From positions 1,426,001-1,490,000 of the forward strand of contig JAKIMF020000004.1 of NCBI GenBank assembly GCA_022605425.2: a stretch of DNA of 64,000 nt. Reading direction: 5' to 3'. The notes below the pieces were generated by a model, which was not told the DNA's origin, made no database searches, and saw nothing but the letters and a program-made list of their open reading frames with translations. The DNA is from Hamiltosporidium tvaerminnensis FI-OER-3-3. Lineage: Eukaryota; Fungi; Microsporidia. This document shows, piece by piece, positions 60,907-64,000 of this stretch. The position numbers were made by a program, and so were the translations under genes. Numbering within the stretch: the stretch's first letter is position 1; each line of letters opens with the position of its first letter.

Positions 60907-62889
60907 ATGAAAATTTTATTTAGTTTTCCCGCAACTTTTACTTTCTTATTAAAAGTTTTTGCTACAACTAACCAAAGAAACAACAAAAGAGTTTGGGAAC
61001 CAAATTCTATAGCTGAAAATAGCGATTATTATCCCGGAATTGATGGTTTTGACTATTTAAGTTTTGCAAAGGTTTTTATGATACAAAGTGATCCAATTCA
61101 ACCTCAAGAAATAGAAACATCAACGACCGAATTTCTTCTAAATAAACAAGAATCTTTCCAAGCAAATCCTCAGACATCTTATTTACATGAAGATTACATA
61201 CCAGAAGAAAACATAGAAATAAGTTCTTTTGACAATGCATCACTACATATAACATGCAGCGATGATAATAAAACTGTAAGTTCAATCTATTCAACTACTC
61301 CATTACCAGCATTCCATATTGCATTTCCCGAAAAGGCAAGAAAAGAACAAATTTCGGAACATTTTGAAGAGGAATCTATGAAAAGAGACGTAGTAAATAA
61401 ACAATTTAACACAGAAAATACATGCTCACAACCAATAATAAACGATCTATCTACATTATGGTCTGAAGAGGTAAGTATTTTAAATCAGGAATTTCAGCCT
61501 GCGAATAAACCCGTAGAAATTCAAATAAATAGATCAATACCATATAATGTGAAAGAAAGCGAAACTATTAACAAAACGACATTTTTAGCTACAAATAATG
61601 AAATTTTGGTTTATGAAGGAATCAAGAATAGGATTTCAGATGAGCCATCGTTCAATTGTTTTATGAACCAAATAATTTCCGAGAGAAATCTAGATAAAGC
61701 AAACCAGGAATCTGTTCAAGTGATAAAACAAGAATTACATAGAATTATATTTAGTTCTGATTCTGTGGATAATTGCACCGAGAATCAATATACTGATGAT
61801 GGTTTAGACGAGGAAAATATCCTATTCAAGCTTAGAGATAAAAATTCGGAATTTTATCGTAACGAATATGAGACATACGAGGATTTTAAAACAATCTTGA
61901 AGTTTAGAAGAAAGCTTGTAAAATTCGAAAATACATTTTTTTCCGAGCTAACCACATCTGAATGGGCGAAAACAATCGAACAAAATATGTGTGTCAATCC
62001 TCTTGAGAATATTAAAAAATCAAAAATTAATCTAATATTTCCGGAGTTGAATCTGTTTTTTGAATCGTTTAAAGCAAACCAGTTTGCCTATATTTCGAAA
62101 GGACATATATTATATGTGCATTATCTCTATGAAATTATGAGTCTTTTAACATATTCTATTTTTCAAAATAATGAAAATTTTCTTAAAAATAAATCAGAGG
62201 ATGAAATTAGTCGTTCAAAAATCTTAATGAACAGAAGAATTTTCTTTATGAGAATTTTGATTTCAGAATTGTTTATTTCTTTCGAACAAGATATTTTGAA
62301 GGTACAGATTTACCTACTTTTAAATTTATTACATTATTTCTCTACTCTTACCCTCAATAGAGCGGTTTACTTTCATACTCTTCTTTTTAGAATAAAAATC
62401 CGATATATTTTTAGATTCATATTTGATACAAATATAAAAACAGGAGAAGAGTTTAAAAATAGCTTGCTTTTAGGCCTTATATATCAACTGAAAATGCCCA
62501 ATGCTTCAAAGTTATTACAAAAAGGATTGTTTGATTTATTTCTTAATAATTTTTGTGTACCTATTTACATAGATTCAATTCAAGCTCTTATAAACATATA
62601 TAGAGATAAATTTGGTAAGGTTTCAAAAAATATTTTTAGCTTAGAAGACAGCGAAATAAAGAATTTACACCAAAAAATAATTTTGTTAAATTTTTCGCAG
62701 AATACACAAACGCACGATATAAGAATGATAGAAATATTCTTAGAATTGGAATGCAGAATCAGTAATTTAGAGAGAAGAATTTTGAGAGGTTCTATTCATT
62801 TTATGTCTTTTTACCCAAAAAGAGGCTATGCTAGTGTTTATAAAAGCATACTCAAACAGGCGGAATTATATTATCGAGTATCTAATTAA
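60907..62889 (+). CDS. Orphan secreted protein, 660 aa (acidic disordered N-half, helical C-half)
   Basis: Long ORF; signal-like MKILFSFPATFTFLLKVFA; no family recognised. Confidence 0.85.
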   Translation: MKILFSFPATFTFLLKVFATTNQRNNKRVWEPNSIAENSDYYPGIDGFDYLSFAKVFMIQSDPIQPQEIETSTTEFLLNKQESFQANPQTSYLHEDYIPEENIEISSFDNASLHITCSDDNKTVSSIYSTTPLPAFHIAFPEKARKEQISEHFEEESMKRDVVNKQFNTENTCSQPIINDLSTLWSEEVSILNQEFQPANKPVEIQINRSIPYNVKESETINKTTFLATNNEILVYEGIKNRISDEPSFNCFMNQIISERNLDKANQESVQVIKQELHRIIFSSDSVDNCTENQYTDDGLDEENILFKLRDKNSEFYRNEYETYEDFKTILKFRRKLVKFENTFFSELTTSEWAKTIEQNMCVNPLENIKKSKINLIFPELNLFFESFKANQFAYISKGHILYVHYLYEIMSLLTYSIFQNNENFLKNKSEDEISRSKILMNRRIFFMRILISELFISFEQDILKVQIYLLLNLLHYFSTLTLNRAVYFHTLLFRIKIRYIFRFIFDTNIKTGEEFKNSLLLGLIYQLKMPNASKLLQKGLFDLFLNNFCVPIYIDSIQALINIYRDKFGKVSKNIFSLEDSEIKNLHQKIILLNFSQNTQTHDIRMIEIFLELECRISNLERRILRGSIHFMSFYPKRGYASVYKSILKQAELYYRVSN

Positions 62890-64000
62890 AGTATGTTTTT
62901 AAACAAGTGATTCATTTCTTTTATGGTTTTTTATTCGAATTAGACTCCATGTTTGTTTAGATATAGTATATATTGGCTATGTACCTAATTTTATATTTTT
63001 TACAACTTATAAATCAAGTATTTTCCCATAAAATTATATAAATGATTAATCATTAAAATCCGGAGTATTTTTTTTATTTTCGTTTCATTTTAATATTTTT
63101 TTATAACTGTAAATTTGATTCAAGATGATTCAGTTTCGCATTATTAAATTTAAACATCTGTCATTTCCGAGTTTGAAATTGTGGTTGAATAATTTCATTT
63201 TGAAAATATGATGATTATAATCGTAATTTTGCTAAAATAGTAAATACACTAGAGATGAAAGCCATAAAAGTCATATTAATCAGATCATACAATAGCAACG
63301 AGAAAATATATAATCTAAATGATTTTAATTTTTCGAGTCCATTCATAAATTAACGAAGTTTAAAACTTTGAAGTAACTTACAAAATCAAAAAGACTTTTT
63401 ATAGATAAAAGCTTTACATTTGCTTGCTTCTCATAAGATAATTTCCTTTTTTTAATTTGTATAAATGCTTTTGTTTTTATTCCTTAGATTTAAATTGAAC
63501 AAAATAAAAACTTGTATGAGTATATTGTGTATCCAAAATTTTATTGTTACCTCAATTGTAAAAAATTTCAAGGTAAAATTTTTACTTAATAGCTAGATTA
63601 GACTTTTAATAAAGTATAATTTATTTTGCAACAGTTATGAATGCAGAAATAAGTGGCTAGGGGTTAAAAAATAGATTTCTACAGCAATTCAAAGAAATTG
63701 TAATCGCAAATAAAATCGTTTTATAAAAAATTTAACATATAAAAATAGGAATACATTAATTTCGAACTTCATAGATTTGCAAGATACATGAAAGATTTCG
63801 TTTATTCTGTTTTACAGAAATACGAAAAAAGAACCTTTATGTTTTGCAAGAAAAAATGAAAGTTCATTTTCACGATTTATGGAAACTTGCATCGTGATAG
63901 CAAAATTATAGGGGTATTCTAGCAAAAATTCAAATGTTCTATAGCAAATATTAAATTAACACAAGATCTAAAACTATAGCGTTTTAAGGGATATATAAAG

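Overview
Very AT-rich, gene-sparse eukaryotic DNA, most consistent with a large-genome microsporidian (Hamiltosporidium-like; inference). The basis is intron-free, compact, divergent housekeeping genes and a CCC motif just upstream of most start codons. Recognisable genes: a minimal PP1 inhibitor-2-like protein, NDK, rpS2, MCM2, a MADS-box (Mcm1/SRF) factor, choline/ethanolamine kinase, an HSF+receiver (Skn7-like) factor, Utp12/Dip2 and RPB12 (missed by the ORF track). Several orphan secreted or membrane proteins are also present. The intergenic DNA holds a layered set of retroelements. (1) A ~725-bp non-coding, GC-richer, hairpin-rich element in 5 copies, with fixed ends and 14-24-bp target-site duplications but no ORF, TIRs, poly(A) tail or tRNA head. 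(2) A ~240-bp RTE-type bipartite short element in 3 copies, one nested in (3). (3) Decayed relics of a non-LTR retrotransposon with a restriction-like endonuclease (RLE; R4/Dong-type). (4) A decayed twister-ribozyme-like motif. All family assignments are from motif recognition by eye; no searches were run.
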